From an uncultured Phycisphaerales bacterium (GTDB taxonomy: Bacteria; Planctomycetota; Phycisphaerae; Tepidisphaerales; Tepidisphaeraceae), in NCBI GenBank assembly GCA_963755915.1, contig CAVWLP010000002.1, positions 2,912,001-2,976,000 on the forward strand: DNA of 64,000 nt, read 5' to 3'. The notes beneath the pieces are model-generated. The model was not told the origin of the DNA. It saw nothing but the letters and a program-made list of their open reading frames with translations, and did not search any database. Positions 43,402 through 53,551 of the stretch are shown piece after piece. Both the position numbers and the translations under genes were made by a program. Position 1 is the stretch's first letter, and each line of letters opens with the position of its first letter.

Positions 43402-45000
43402 ATGCGAGCGATTGCCATCATCAACCAAAAGGGCGGCTGCGGTAAAACCACCACGAGCATCAACTTAGCGGCCTGTCTGGCCAGGCTTGGTCAAAAAACC
43501 TTGCTCGTCGACATGGACCCCCAGGGACACTGCGCCATCGGTCTGGCCGTCCCCGAAGAGCAGATCGAACGCACCATCTACGACTGCCTCATCGAAGAGC
43601 GCGACGGCAAACCCGTCCGCCTCCAGGAGATCGTCTGGCAGATCGCCACCGATTTCGACCTCGCTCCCGCCAACATCAAGCTTGCCGCTTTCGAGCAAAC
43701 CTTCTCCGGCCGCCTCGGACGCGAAGACCGCCTCCGCAAAGCCATTGAATCCATCAAGCAGAATTACAAGTGGTGCATCATCGACTGCCCCCCAAGCGTC
43801 GGCCTGATCACCTTCAACGCCCTCCGCGCCTGCGACGAAGTCATCGTCCCCGTCGAAACCGGCTATTTCAGCCTTCACGGCCTCGCGAAAATGATGGAAA
43901 CCCTCGAGCTCCTCCGCGACAAGTGCGACAAGGAAATCCTCATCCGAGTGCTGCCAACTCTCTACGACACCCGCACCAAGCTCGCCCGCGAGGTTCTTTC
44001 CGAGCTCCGCAACAAGTTCCGCGAATACCTCATGGAAAGCACCGTCAACTTCAACACCAAGCTCAAGGAAGCCGCCAGCTTCGGCCAGCCCATCACCGAA
44101 TACGATCCCGGCAGCCGCGGCTACAAGGATTTCGTCAACCTTGCCCGCGAGCTCATGGGCCATATCCCGATGGATGTCGAGCCCACCCCCATGGACAAAC
44201 TCTCCCGCCCCGCGGAGCTCGTCCAGCGCGCCAAGCAATTGGCCCAGCTCACGACTCTCCAGTTCGGCCGCAACGCGATCCCCGCCGCCCCCCCAGCCCT
44301 CTCGCAGACCTCCGCGCCGGCACCCGCACCCGCGCCGCAGCCCGAACCGGCGCCCGTGGAAGCAATCTCCGTCGCTCCCGCCATATCCAGCAGCGGCTCT
44401 GTCGCTCTCTCCATTCCCCGCACTCAACTCCAATTAACCGGCCGTTTGGCCGAGCAACCCGTCGCTCAGGCGGTTTCCGTCCCCATGGCCCTCTCCTCTA
44501 TTGACGAGGAAATCGCCGACTCCAGCCAGGCGACCTATCCCCGCGCCGTTGCCCAAACCCCAACTTTAACCCCTCCCAAGCCCCCCTCAGGAAACGGCAA
44601 CGGAAACGCCCCCAGCAACGGCAACGGAAGCCCAAAATTCAGCCCCGGCCCCAGCGCCGCTGGCAACGGCAACAGCCCCCCCCAGCCCCTCAAATCCACC
44701 GCCCAAAAAATCGACGAATTCTACGGCGTGAAAAAAATCGGTGACGAAGTCATCTTCGCCGCCCGTTTCGACCGCGCCAAAAAAGTCCTCATCGCCGGCG
44801 ATTTCAACAACTGGTCCCCAATGTCCACGCCCATGATCAATCGTGGCCGGCCAGGTGAGTTTTATACCTCCCTGCCTCTCCCGCCCGGACGATATCGCTA
44901 TCGCTTTGTCGTCGATGGGAAATGGATGACCGATCCAAACAACAAGTACGTTGAGGTCAATCAGTTCGGAGAACTGAACAACGTGATCGAAGTCGAATGA
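43402..45000 (+). CDS. ParA/Soj family ATPase fused via a Pro/Ala/Asn-rich linker to a CBM48/AMPK-beta glycogen-binding domain
   Basis: NQKGGCGKTT, LVDMDPQGH, IIDCPPS; C-terminal VLIAGDFNNW...LPPGRYRYRFVVDGKWMTDPNN...FGELNNVI; single unbroken frame. Confidence 0.92.
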   Translation: MRAIAIINQKGGCGKTTTSINLAACLARLGQKTLLVDMDPQGHCAIGLAVPEEQIERTIYDCLIEERDGKPVRLQEIVWQIATDFDLAPANIKLAAFEQTFSGRLGREDRLRKAIESIKQNYKWCIIDCPPSVGLITFNALRACDEVIVPVETGYFSLHGLAKMMETLELLRDKCDKEILIRVLPTLYDTRTKLAREVLSELRNKFREYLMESTVNFNTKLKEAASFGQPITEYDPGSRGYKDFVNLARELMGHIPMDVEPTPMDKLSRPAELVQRAKQLAQLTTLQFGRNAIPAAPPALSQTSAPAPAPAPQPEPAPVEAISVAPAISSSGSVALSIPRTQLQLTGRLAEQPVAQAVSVPMALSSIDEEIADSSQATYPRAVAQTPTLTPPKPPSGNGNGNAPSNGNGSPKFSPGPSAAGNGNSPPQPLKSTAQKIDEFYGVKKIGDEVIFAARFDRAKKVLIAGDFNNWSPMSTPMINRGRPGEFYTSLPLPPGRYRYRFVVDGKWMTDPNNKYVEVNQFGELNNVIEVE

Positions 45001-45025
45001 ACCGTGAAGTGAATTGGGGCATCCC

Positions 45026-46438
45026 ATGGACCCAAAGCGACCTCTCAGCGAAATCAGCCATCTTTTCCTGAGCGAAATCCGCGCCCGTCCCGGCTCACCC
45101 GGACGCCCCGCCCGGATTCCACCTCCCAAATCCACCGACGTCAGCGTCGACATGACCCCCGAAGAATTCTGCGCCTCGATCGAAGCCGCTTCTGACGATT
45201 CCGTCGAAACCCCGGCCGAGCCCTCCGTCGCGATGAACTATCCCGTCCGGCCCCCGGCCATTTCCATCGTTCTCTCCTCCCACCTGATGGAACACCCGTC
45301 CCAAAGCGTCCGTCAATACGCACGCTCCCTTGCCGCCGAATCGAAAAATGTCGGCCTCATCGAACTCGAAGGCGGCGAGCTTTACCTCACCACCTTTGAA
45401 ATCAACGGCGTCCAGGCCCCCTCGCCCGCCGTCGTCGAATCGATGGACCCGCGCCGAATCTCCGAAATTCTCACCGAAATGGCCGTCGACGTCGAACGAT
45501 GGATCATCTCCCTCCCCAACGCCCGAACCACCGAAGCCCGCGAGCTTCTCCGCGAAGCCCCCCACTGGGTGATGCTCACCACCGCCGACCACGAAGGCGT
45601 CGTCGCCACCTATCGCGCCCTCAAGGGCCTCACCGAACTCGGCCGGCATCGAATCTCCCTCGTTGTCCTCGACGCCCGCGACGATTCCCACGCCCAGGCC
45701 GTCTATCGCAAGCTCGACGCCGTCAGCCGACAGTTCCTCCACTGCGCCCTCGAAGCGGTTTCCCCCCTTCGCCAGGCGCAAAACGTCGCCGAGCAGGCCA
45801 TCCTCCAATGCGGCCGCACCGGCGACACCGCCGCTTCATCCGATCACTGGAACGTCATCCGCCAGTTCGCCGCCGGCGCTGTCGCGCCTCATGAGAAAAC
45901 AATTCGCGAAGAAAAATCCGCACACTCAACTTACCAAGAGCAACCCAAACCCATGAAACTCAACACCCCCGAAGCCCCTCGGATCTCCGTCGTGGACGAT
46001 TCTCTCCCCGAAGTCATCGACCTTCCCGCCGACGCCTCCGACCGCGCCATTCTCGACGCCGTCGTCCGGCAGGGGGGCGCCGACGGCCGCTGGGTCCTCT
46101 GCCCCATCCACCCGCCAATGTGCCCCGAAGCTCTCCTCGCCGTCGGACGCGACCAGCGCCTCATGCTCCTCGCCGTCGCCGGCCGCGGACTCGGCCAGCT
46201 CCTCTCCATCGGCCAGGCCCTCCGCTGGATGTCCGAGAACACCGAACTAATCCGCATGGCCCTCCCCCAACTCGCCATCGACGCCTCCGCCGCCCCCTGC
46301 GTGCGCGTCCTCGTCGATCACAACGACCTCAGCGCCGACGTCCTCCAACCGCTTCTCCAAAGCGGCACCGTCACCATCCAGGCCTACCGCCGCATCAAAT
46401 GGGCCGGCAAAACCGGACTATTGCTCGAAGCCGCATAG
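45026..46438 (+). CDS. Hypothetical protein with Walker-A-less MinD/FlhG-like domain and degenerate nuclease-like C-terminal domain
   Basis: ISHLFLS N-terminus; VMLTTADHEGVVATYRALK...ISLVV...AQAVYRKLDAVSRQFL resembles the FlhG C-terminal half; 25 nt after the parA stop. Confidence 0.65.
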   Translation: MDPKRPLSEISHLFLSEIRARPGSPGRPARIPPPKSTDVSVDMTPEEFCASIEAASDDSVETPAEPSVAMNYPVRPPAISIVLSSHLMEHPSQSVRQYARSLAAESKNVGLIELEGGELYLTTFEINGVQAPSPAVVESMDPRRISEILTEMAVDVERWIISLPNARTTEARELLREAPHWVMLTTADHEGVVATYRALKGLTELGRHRISLVVLDARDDSHAQAVYRKLDAVSRQFLHCALEAVSPLRQAQNVAEQAILQCGRTGDTAASSDHWNVIRQFAAGAVAPHEKTIREEKSAHSTYQEQPKPMKLNTPEAPRISVVDDSLPEVIDLPADASDRAILDAVVRQGGADGRWVLCPIHPPMCPEALLAVGRDQRLMLLAVAGRGLGQLLSIGQALRWMSENTELIRMALPQLAIDASAAPCVRVLVDHNDLSADVLQPLLQSGTVTIQAYRRIKWAGKTGLLLEAA

Positions 46439-46439
46439 A

Positions 46440-46532
46440 ACGAAAAATTCGAAACGCAAAACTCGAACGATAGGCCGTTTCGAATTTTAAATTTCGAATT
46501 TGATTCGTCATTCGAATTTCGAATTTCGAGTT
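46440..46532. repeat. TTCGAAT heptamer array
   Basis: Repeated tttcgaa units; 33-bp block 46490-46522 identical to 51052-51084. Confidence 0.8.
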
Positions 46533-48906
46533 TTATTTCGTCGCAGCCGGTGCATCGCGCATTGCCGGCATCGATTCCGCGGTACTAATCGTAAACGTCA
46601 TGTCTTCGCTTACATCCGTCCACTGCATCAACAACCCCTCCGGCAAATACCCCATCATTTTCCCATTCCCGATCTGCGACGCCGACGGAATCGACCGCAG
46701 CAAAACCCGCACGTTCCGCGCCCGCCCATCCCCGCTGAGCATGATCTGCTGCCCCGAGCGCCGGCACTGAATCTTCGCCGTGCTTTCTCCATCCGATGCG
46801 ACAAGTCGCAACGAAATCTCCGCCCCATCCGCAATCTGAAAAAGCTGCAACGTCAGTTCATCCTCCAGCAGCCAGGAAGGATTCCGCTTCTCGCTGGCAA
46901 CCGGGACAATCGAATTCTCCCTCACGATCAGCGGAATATGGAGAAAATCCACCTTCTCCGAAACCCATCGCCCGCCAACGATCACCCGCCCGCTCAAAAA
47001 ATTCGTCCACTTTCCCTTCGGCAGGTAATACTCCACCGTGTTATCCATCCGGAAAACCGGCGCCACCAGCAGCGACGACCCCAGCATATATTGCCGATCC
47101 AGATACGGCACCGCCGGATCCTCCGGAAATTCCAGCACCATCGCCCGCATCACCGGCCAACCAAATTCCCCCGCATCCTTCGCCGCCGCGAACAAATACG
47201 GAAAAAGCTGGTTCTTCAATTCCGCAAAGTGCCGCACCACCTGTACCGATTCCTCGTCAAACAGCCATGGCACCCGGTACGACGTCGACCCGTGCAACCG
47301 GCTGTGCGTGCTCAATAATCCAAACGCCGCCCACCGCTTGTAAACCGCCGGATTCGCCGTCCCCGAAAATCCCCCAATGTCATGGCTCCAGAACGCCGGC
47401 CCCGACATACAAAAGCTCAATCCCCCGCGCAAGCTCTCCGCCATCGATTCAAACGTCGCCTCATTATCCCCGCCCCAGTGCACCGGAAATTTCTGGCTCC
47501 CGATCGCCCCGGCCCGTGCGAACACCACGGCATTATTTTTCCCATGATGCTTCTCAAGCAGCTCGAACACCGCCTTGTTGTACAGATAGCTAAAATGATT
47601 GTGCATCAAATGCGGATCGCCCCCGTTGTGATACACCACGTCTTCCGGAATGAATTCCCCAAAATCCGTCTTGAAAGAATCAACCCCCATTTCCAGCAGA
47701 TTCCGAAGCTTCGACTGATACCACTCCACCGCCTTCGGATTGGTGAAATCCACCAGCCCCATCCCCGGCTGCCAGGCATCGCGCTGGAACACGCTCCCAT
47801 CCGCCCGCTTCAGCAGATACCCCTCCCGCGCCGCCTCCGCGAAAAGCTCCGAAAGCTGCGAAATATACGGATTGATCCACACGCAAATATGCAGCCCGCG
47901 CTCCTTCAGTCGCTTCAGCATCCCCCGCGGATCCGGAAACGCCTCCTCATCCCACTGAAAATTGCACCAGTGCCGCTCCTTCATCCAGAAGCAGTCGAAA
48001 TGAAATACGCTCAGCGGAATCTGCCGCTGCGCCATCCCCTCCACGAATTCCGTGACGGTCGCTTCGTCATATTTCGTCGTAAACGACGTGCTCAGCCAAA
48101 GCCCCCACGACCACGCCGGCGGTAGGGGGGCGCCCCGTCAGCCGCGTATACTTCTCCAGAACTTCCTTCGGCCCCGGTCCCCGAAAGACATAATAATCCA
48201 GCTCTTCCCCGCCCACGCTGAACTGAACCTGCGACACCCGTTCCGTCGCGATATCAAAATCCACCCGCCCCGTAGAATTCACCAGGATGCCATATCCCCG
48301 GTTCGAAAGCACAAACGGAATATTCTTATACGCCAGCTCGCTCCCCGTCCCCCCGTCCTCATTCCAGATCGAAACGCTCTGTCCATTCTTCACCAGCGGC
48401 CCAAACCGCTCGCCGAGCCCATACAAACATTCCCCCACCCCCAGCCGCAGCCGCTGCATCATCCAATGCTCGCCGCGCTGGCTCGTCATCTGCCCCAGGC
48501 TCTCGCGCTCCCCGCCGCTGATTACCGTTCCCCCATCCTCAAACTGCATCGACCAGCGGTTCTTATTCACCCGCAGCGAAAGCCGCCCGCTCGTAAACAC
48601 CAGCTCATCATCCCGGTCTTCAATCTTCACCCCACTCGCCGCCAGCGAATAATCCAGGTCCGCCTTCACCGTCCGCCGCGCATCGGGCATGTGATGCACA
48701 ATCCTCACCCGGATCACATCCGCCATCGGCGAGCTGATCTGCAACTGAAGAACCAGCCCCTCAAACCGATCAACCGCATCGATATCATCCCGATCCACCG
48801 CCGCGATCCATAGCGAATCCCTCGAAACGCGGTACTCCGTCACCCGCCGCACGCAAAACGGCGTAATCCCTTCAGCCCACTTCCATACACCATGGCTGAA
48901 CTTCAT
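46533..48906 (-). CDS. yicI: GH31 alpha-xylosidase (YicI-like), frameshift near 48120
   Basis: MKFSHGVW, YGLGERF, LAYKNIPF, VFHFDCFWM, FKTDFGE, HWGGD, FWSHDIGGF, HSRLHGS. Confidence 0.92.
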
Positions 48907-48926
48907 TGCCTGGTCCTTACAGCGAT

Positions 48927-48961
48927 AAAAAATACGGGCGAGTCATTGATCGACTCGCCCG
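48927..48961 (-). terminator. Rho-independent terminator after the PEP-CTERM gene
   Basis: Stem cgggcgagtc/gactcgcccg followed on the minus strand by TATTTTTT. Confidence 0.7.
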
Positions 48962-48993
48962 CTATTAACAACCTGTTTGCACAACTCAAAACT

Positions 48994-49788
48994 CTAAATC
49001 GTCACGGACTTCCCGCGACGGCGCCGCAGGCCCAGCAAGGCCATGCCCGCTCCCACCAGCCCCATCGAGGCCGGTTCGGGAACCTGATTAACCTGGATGT
49101 CGTCCACGTAAAACGTACCCGGCGTAGCATAATTCGTGTTGCTCCAGAGCTGAAAATCAAAATACGAAATCGATCCAGCCGAAATCGTGTAAGGAATCGT
49201 CGCTACCCCCGTTAGCAGCCCGTCCACGGTTGTGAAACTGTTGCTGCTCGGCAAAAACGGGTTGTAACCATGCCCGTCATAATTCAGGCCAACCCCGATC
49301 TCGAAATAACTTCCACCCGTGTTGGTCGGAATCGTATATGCCAGTGACAGTGTTCCGCTGTAAGCGGTAAGGGTTCCGTCCACTTGGCTATAATTCGGCG
49401 GCGGATAGGACACAGCCGTCGACCCCGGATCGAGCACACTGAGAAACGCCTGATTGGTGCTTTCACCAATGTCGACGATGTTCCCATAACCCACTTCCGG
49501 TCCGCTTATCGCCAGTGATCCCGCCGTGCCGGTTCCCCCCGGATTGGTGCTGTTACCCGCGCCGTTGGTCGTGCTTCCATCAAAATCCCAGGCAGTAGTC
49601 GGAGTGTTGGAAACTCCCCCGACGTCGTTGCCCCACCCCGTAAAATCGCTTGTCGTGGTAAACAGAGTCTGTGCCCCGGCGAATGATGAAACACCCAGGC
49701 ACAACCCCGCACACACACCCAACACTCTCATTGAGTGCCGTGTAATGCGTGGGAAAATCGATATCGAAGAGCGCAATTCTCCAAACAT
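48994..49788 (-). CDS. PEP-CTERM surface protein
   Basis: AGGAGG 6 nt before ATG 49788; signal peptide; VPEPASMGLVGAGMALLGLRRRR. Confidence 0.9.
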   Translation of the reverse strand: MFGELRSSISIFPRITRHSMRVLGVCAGLCLGVSSFAGAQTLFTTTSDFTGWGNDVGGVSNTPTTAWDFDGSTTNGAGNSTNPGGTGTAGSLAISGPEVGYGNIVDIGESTNQAFLSVLDPGSTAVSYPPPNYSQVDGTLTAYSGTLSLAYTIPTNTGGSYFEIGVGLNYDGHGYNPFLPSSNSFTTVDGLLTGVATIPYTISAGSISYFDFQLWSNTNYATPGTFYVDDIQVNQVPEPASMGLVGAGMALLGLRRRRGKSVTI

Positions 49789-49874
49789 TTCTGACCTCCT
49801 CCGAATTCGCCTGACGGCGGGGTTCGGAACCCCAAGATTTGTTCTCCGGCGATCCGACCACACTCAAGATCGCC

Positions 49875-50021
49875 TGCAGCAACCGTTTGCTGCAATGACG
49901 CAAATTTAATCTCCTTTGTCGGATTGTCAAACAAAAAATGAATCAGACAAAGATAGATCAATTTAACTTATTTGTCCACAGCATCTTAAGGATGAAGCCC
50001 TTGCAGAAATCGGTTGCTGTT
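49875..50021 (-). promoter_or_regulatory. Sigma70-like promoter flanked by two LacI-type operator-like palindromes
   Basis: Minus strand TTGACA (49930-49925), 16 nt, TAAATT; palindromes TGCAGCAACCGTTTGCTGCA (49875-49894) and TGCAGAAATCGGTTGCTGTT (50002-50021). Confidence 0.55.
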
Positions 50022-50041
50022 TGTTGTCCCGACTCGCGCCC

Positions 50042-50941
50042 TTAACTCTTTGGCTTTGACCTGAACGCATTCAAACTATGCACAAAATCGTCCGGAATCC
50101 CAAAATCAAACCGCTCGCAATCGCTCACTTCCAACGCCACATATCCCTCCCGCTGCCGCTGAATTTCCTGCGCTCGCGTAAGCTGAAACTCCCCGTTATC
50201 CCGCACATCACCGCGGATCATCTCCTCCAGTACCATATAGATCGACGGCGCCAGCGCGTGCATCCCAAACCACCCCAAAAAAACATCATCTTCAAGATCA
50301 TCCACCCGAAGCTTCTCCCGAGCCGTAACCACATCCGGCTTCTCAATAATCATGCTCACATCAATCAGCCCACGATTCTCCCGCCGCCGCCTCCCCGCGA
50401 TCGTCCCAAACCCCTTCAATTCCCCCGGCCCAATCCGATTCACCGCCGAAACGCTCTTTCCCCCGCACAGCGGCGCCGCCTCCACCAGCCGCCGGTAAGG
50501 GGACCTCGGCTCCCCTAGAAACAAATGATCCCCCAGGCACAGCAGCACCATCTCATCCCCCGCAAACGATTTCGTCTGATACACCGCATGTCCATACCCC
50601 TCCTGCTTATGCTGAACCGCAAACGAAATCCGCTCGTTCATCCCCCGCATCTCCCGCGCCTCAGCCGCCAGCGCCGGATATTTCTCCAGCCTTTTCAAAT
50701 ACTCCCCATCCGGTCCCGCGAAATAATCCCGTATCGCCTTATCGTCCCCCGGCTGCACGATAATGCAAACCTCCTCCATCCCCGCCGCCACCAGTTCGAT
50801 CAGATGATAATGAATCAGCGCCCGCGCAATCCCATCCCGCCCCACGATCGGGAACAGCTCCTTCTTCACCGCATGCGACGCCGGAAAATGCCGTGTCCCC
50901 AGCCCAGCCGCGGGAATTACCGCTTTTCGTATCGATTTCAT
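50042..50941 (-). CDS. GalU-like sugar-1-phosphate nucleotidyltransferase
   Basis: IRKAVIPAAGLGTR..PAS.AVKKELFPI, QEGYGHAV, LGDH, IIEKP, EFQLT. Confidence 0.88.
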   Translation of the reverse strand: MKSIRKAVIPAAGLGTRHFPASHAVKKELFPIVGRDGIARALIHYHLIELVAAGMEEVCIIVQPGDDKAIRDYFAGPDGEYLKRLEKYPALAAEAREMRGMNERISFAVQHKQEGYGHAVYQTKSFAGDEMVLLCLGDHLFLGEPRSPYRRLVEAAPLCGGKSVSAVNRIGPGELKGFGTIAGRRRRENRGLIDVSMIIEKPDVVTAREKLRVDDLEDDVFLGWFGMHALAPSIYMVLEEMIRGDVRDNGEFQLTRAQEIQRQREGYVALEVSDCERFDFGIPDDFVHSLNAFRSKPKS

Positions 50942-51039
50942 CGCCAGATTCTGTGTACCGGCGGGGCCCTGATCTTGCAACCTTTGCTGGATAGCTCCGC
51001 TCCGTCAGATGCACAACGGTCGCTACTACCGCCTGAAGT

Positions 51040-51095
51040 TTCGGACATTCGAATTTCGAATTTGATTCGTCATTCGAATTTCGAGTTTCGAATTT
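51040..51095. repeat. TTCGAAT heptamer array
   Basis: ttcgaatttcgaatttgattcgtcattcgaatttcgagtttcgaattt. Confidence 0.8.
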
Positions 51096-51175
51096 GGGCT
51101 GCGGGCACTACCCACGCAAGGCTCGCCTGGTTTTTATTGCTTTGAGCCGCCCCCACACCGTAAACTACCCCACAC

Positions 51176-52292
51176 ATGGACTTCCCAATGCTGATGCGCT
51201 TCGCCGCAGACCGCGACGCATCGGACATTCACCTCCAGGGCGGCCTTTCCCCCAAGCTCCGCATCCAGGGAGCCCTCCACACCGTCGATCAGCCCGCCAT
51301 GACCGACGACGAGATCCGCAACTTCATCGCCTCCATCGCACCCGCGCATGCGCGACAAAGTCGACGAACGCCTCACCATCGGCCTCGATTTCTCCTACGC
51401 CGCTCCCGGCCTCTGCCGCTTCCGCTGCTCCGGCTATCGCGTCCTCGGCAGCCCCGGCATGACCATGCGCCTCATCAAATCCAAAATCCCCCCCATTCCC
51501 GACCTCCATCTCCCCCCGGTCGTCAACGAAATCGCCCTCTCCAGCCGCGGACTCACCCTCGTCACCGGTACCACCGGCTCCGGTAAATCCACCACCCTCG
51601 CCTCCATGATCGAGCTCATCAACAGCACCCGCGCCAACAAAATCATCAGCATCGAAGACCCCGTCGAATATCTCCACGTCCCCAAGCTCTCTCTTATCGC
51701 CCAGCTCGAAGTCGGCATGGACACCCCAAGCTTCGAGCAAGCCCTTCGCCAATCCCTCCGCCAGGACCCCGACGTCGTCCTCGTCGGCGAGCTCCGCGAC
51801 ATGGACACTCTCCGCATCGCCCTCCGCGCCGCCGACACCGGTCACCAGGTCTTCTCCACCGTCCACTCCGCCAGCGCCCCGCAAACCATCGAACGCATCA
51901 TCGCCATGTTCCCCCCCTCCGAGCACAAGCTCCTCCTCACCCAACTCTCCGGCAACCTCGAAGCCATCATCTCCCAGCGCCTCGTCCTCGGCCGCGACGG
52001 CAAACGCCGGCCCGCCGCCGAAATCCTCCGTGGCGGCCCCGTCACCCAAAAATACATCCTCGAAGGCCGAGCCCTCGAACTCGGCGACTACATCAAAAGC
52101 GCCGGCAACGGCCAACAAACCTTCGACCAGAATCTTTTGTCCCTCTTCAAACAAGAACTCATCACCCACAGCGAAGCCATCCGCCACGCCACCAACCGCG
52201 AGGCCCTGGAAATGGCCGTCCGCGGCATCGGCGCCAAAGGCGTCGCCGAATCCCCCGGCCCCGTCATCCCCACCCGCCCCAAATCCTCCTAA
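51176..52292 (+). CDS. PilT/PilU family retraction ATPase, frameshift near 51348
   Basis: ASDIHL, VTGTTGSGKSTTLA, IEDPVEY, LRQDPDVVLVGELRD, ADTGHQVFSTVH. Confidence 0.92.
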
Positions 52293-52410
52293 CGCCCATA
52301 TTCACCCGGCCTGCCGGCTTCAGTCGGCAGGTGTTCCCATCCTTCAAAACCTCCCATCTCCCAATTCCCACCTCGCAACTCCCCAACCATGTGTTAAAAT
52401 TTATAACGAT

Positions 52411-53549
52411 ATGACACAACCACTACCGCCTGGTCAGGGTCCGGTTGATCCGCGCGGTGTCTTTTCCGTCCCCCCAGCCCCCGGAATGCCCCCCGGTTTC
52501 TCCCCCGGATTTCCCCCCCCCGGAATGCCCATGCCCCCGATGATGTTTCCTCCGCCACCCCCTCCCCGCGCCGCGGCAACGCCGCCAAGTGGATCCTCAT
52601 CATCCTCCTATTCCTCGCCCTGGGAATTTCCATCCTCGTAAACCTCTTCCAATTCGCGGCCACCCTCTCCGACGTAAAACAAACTGTCCTCTCCTCCGGC
52701 GGATCCGACAAAGTCGCCGTCGTCCCCATCGACGGCCTCATTGACGACGCCTCCGCCGACGCCTTCGACATCGTCCTCAGAGAAGTCGACAAAGACGCCT
52801 CCGTCAAAGCGCTCGTCGTCGCCGTCAACACCTCCGGCGGATCCGCCATCGCTTCCGACGAAATGTACCACCGCCTCGACCTCTTCAAATCCACCCACAA
52901 AATCCCCGTCATCATCGCCATGCGCGGCATGGCCACCAGCGGTGGTTATTACGTCTCCGCCGCCGGTGATTTCATCTTTGCCGAACCCGGCTGTCTCACC
53001 GGAAACATCGGCGTCCTCTTCCCGCGCTTCAACGTCAGCCAGACCCTGAGCAAATACGGCGCCTACGAAACCACTCTCACCGCCACAACCAAAGGCCACT
53101 CCTATAAAAACGCGGGCTCCATGTTCCAGCCCGAGAACCCTCTCGACGAAGCCTATCTCCAGGGCCTCGTCGACGGCACCTTCGCCCAGTTCAAGCAGGT
53201 CGTCCTCACCGGCCGCAAGGGTAAACTCAGCGACATCCAAAACGACATCTTCAGCGGCAAAGCCTTCATTGCCGCCGACGCTCTCTCCCGCGGCCTCATC
53301 GACCAGATCGGATATCCCGACGCCGCCTATGACTACGCCGCCAAAACCGCCGGACTCACCTCCTGGTCCGTCGTCAAATATCAGAAAAACGTCAGCCTCT
53401 TCGACACCTTATCCTCACGCTCAAATTTGCCGACCGGACAGGCAAGCAGCTCCGAAGCCGGACTATCCCTCAATGGCGTAGCCATCGACGCAAAAACCGC
53501 CGCCGCACTCTTTACTTCCCGGCCCCTGCTCCTTTGGCGAGGAAACTGA
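52411..53549 (+). CDS. sppA: S49 family peptidase SppA with Pro-rich N-terminus, frameshift near 52560
   Basis: VKALVVAVNTSGG, ATSGGYYV, TGNIGV, YKNAGS, GLIDQIG. Confidence 0.85.
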
Positions 53550-53551
53550 AA

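Noticed and set aside
43402-44160. Chromosome partition locus or replication origin
   Set aside because: No parB, dnaA, recognisable parS or DnaA-box cluster in the window.
46440-46532. CRISPR array
   Set aside because: 7-bp tandem units with no spacers, and no cas genes in the window.
46533-50941. GH31 and galU-like genes as part of the ParA-CBM48 system
   Set aside because: They are convergent and separated by a repeat array, and the GH31 looks like a YicI xylosidase; no evidence of a functional link.
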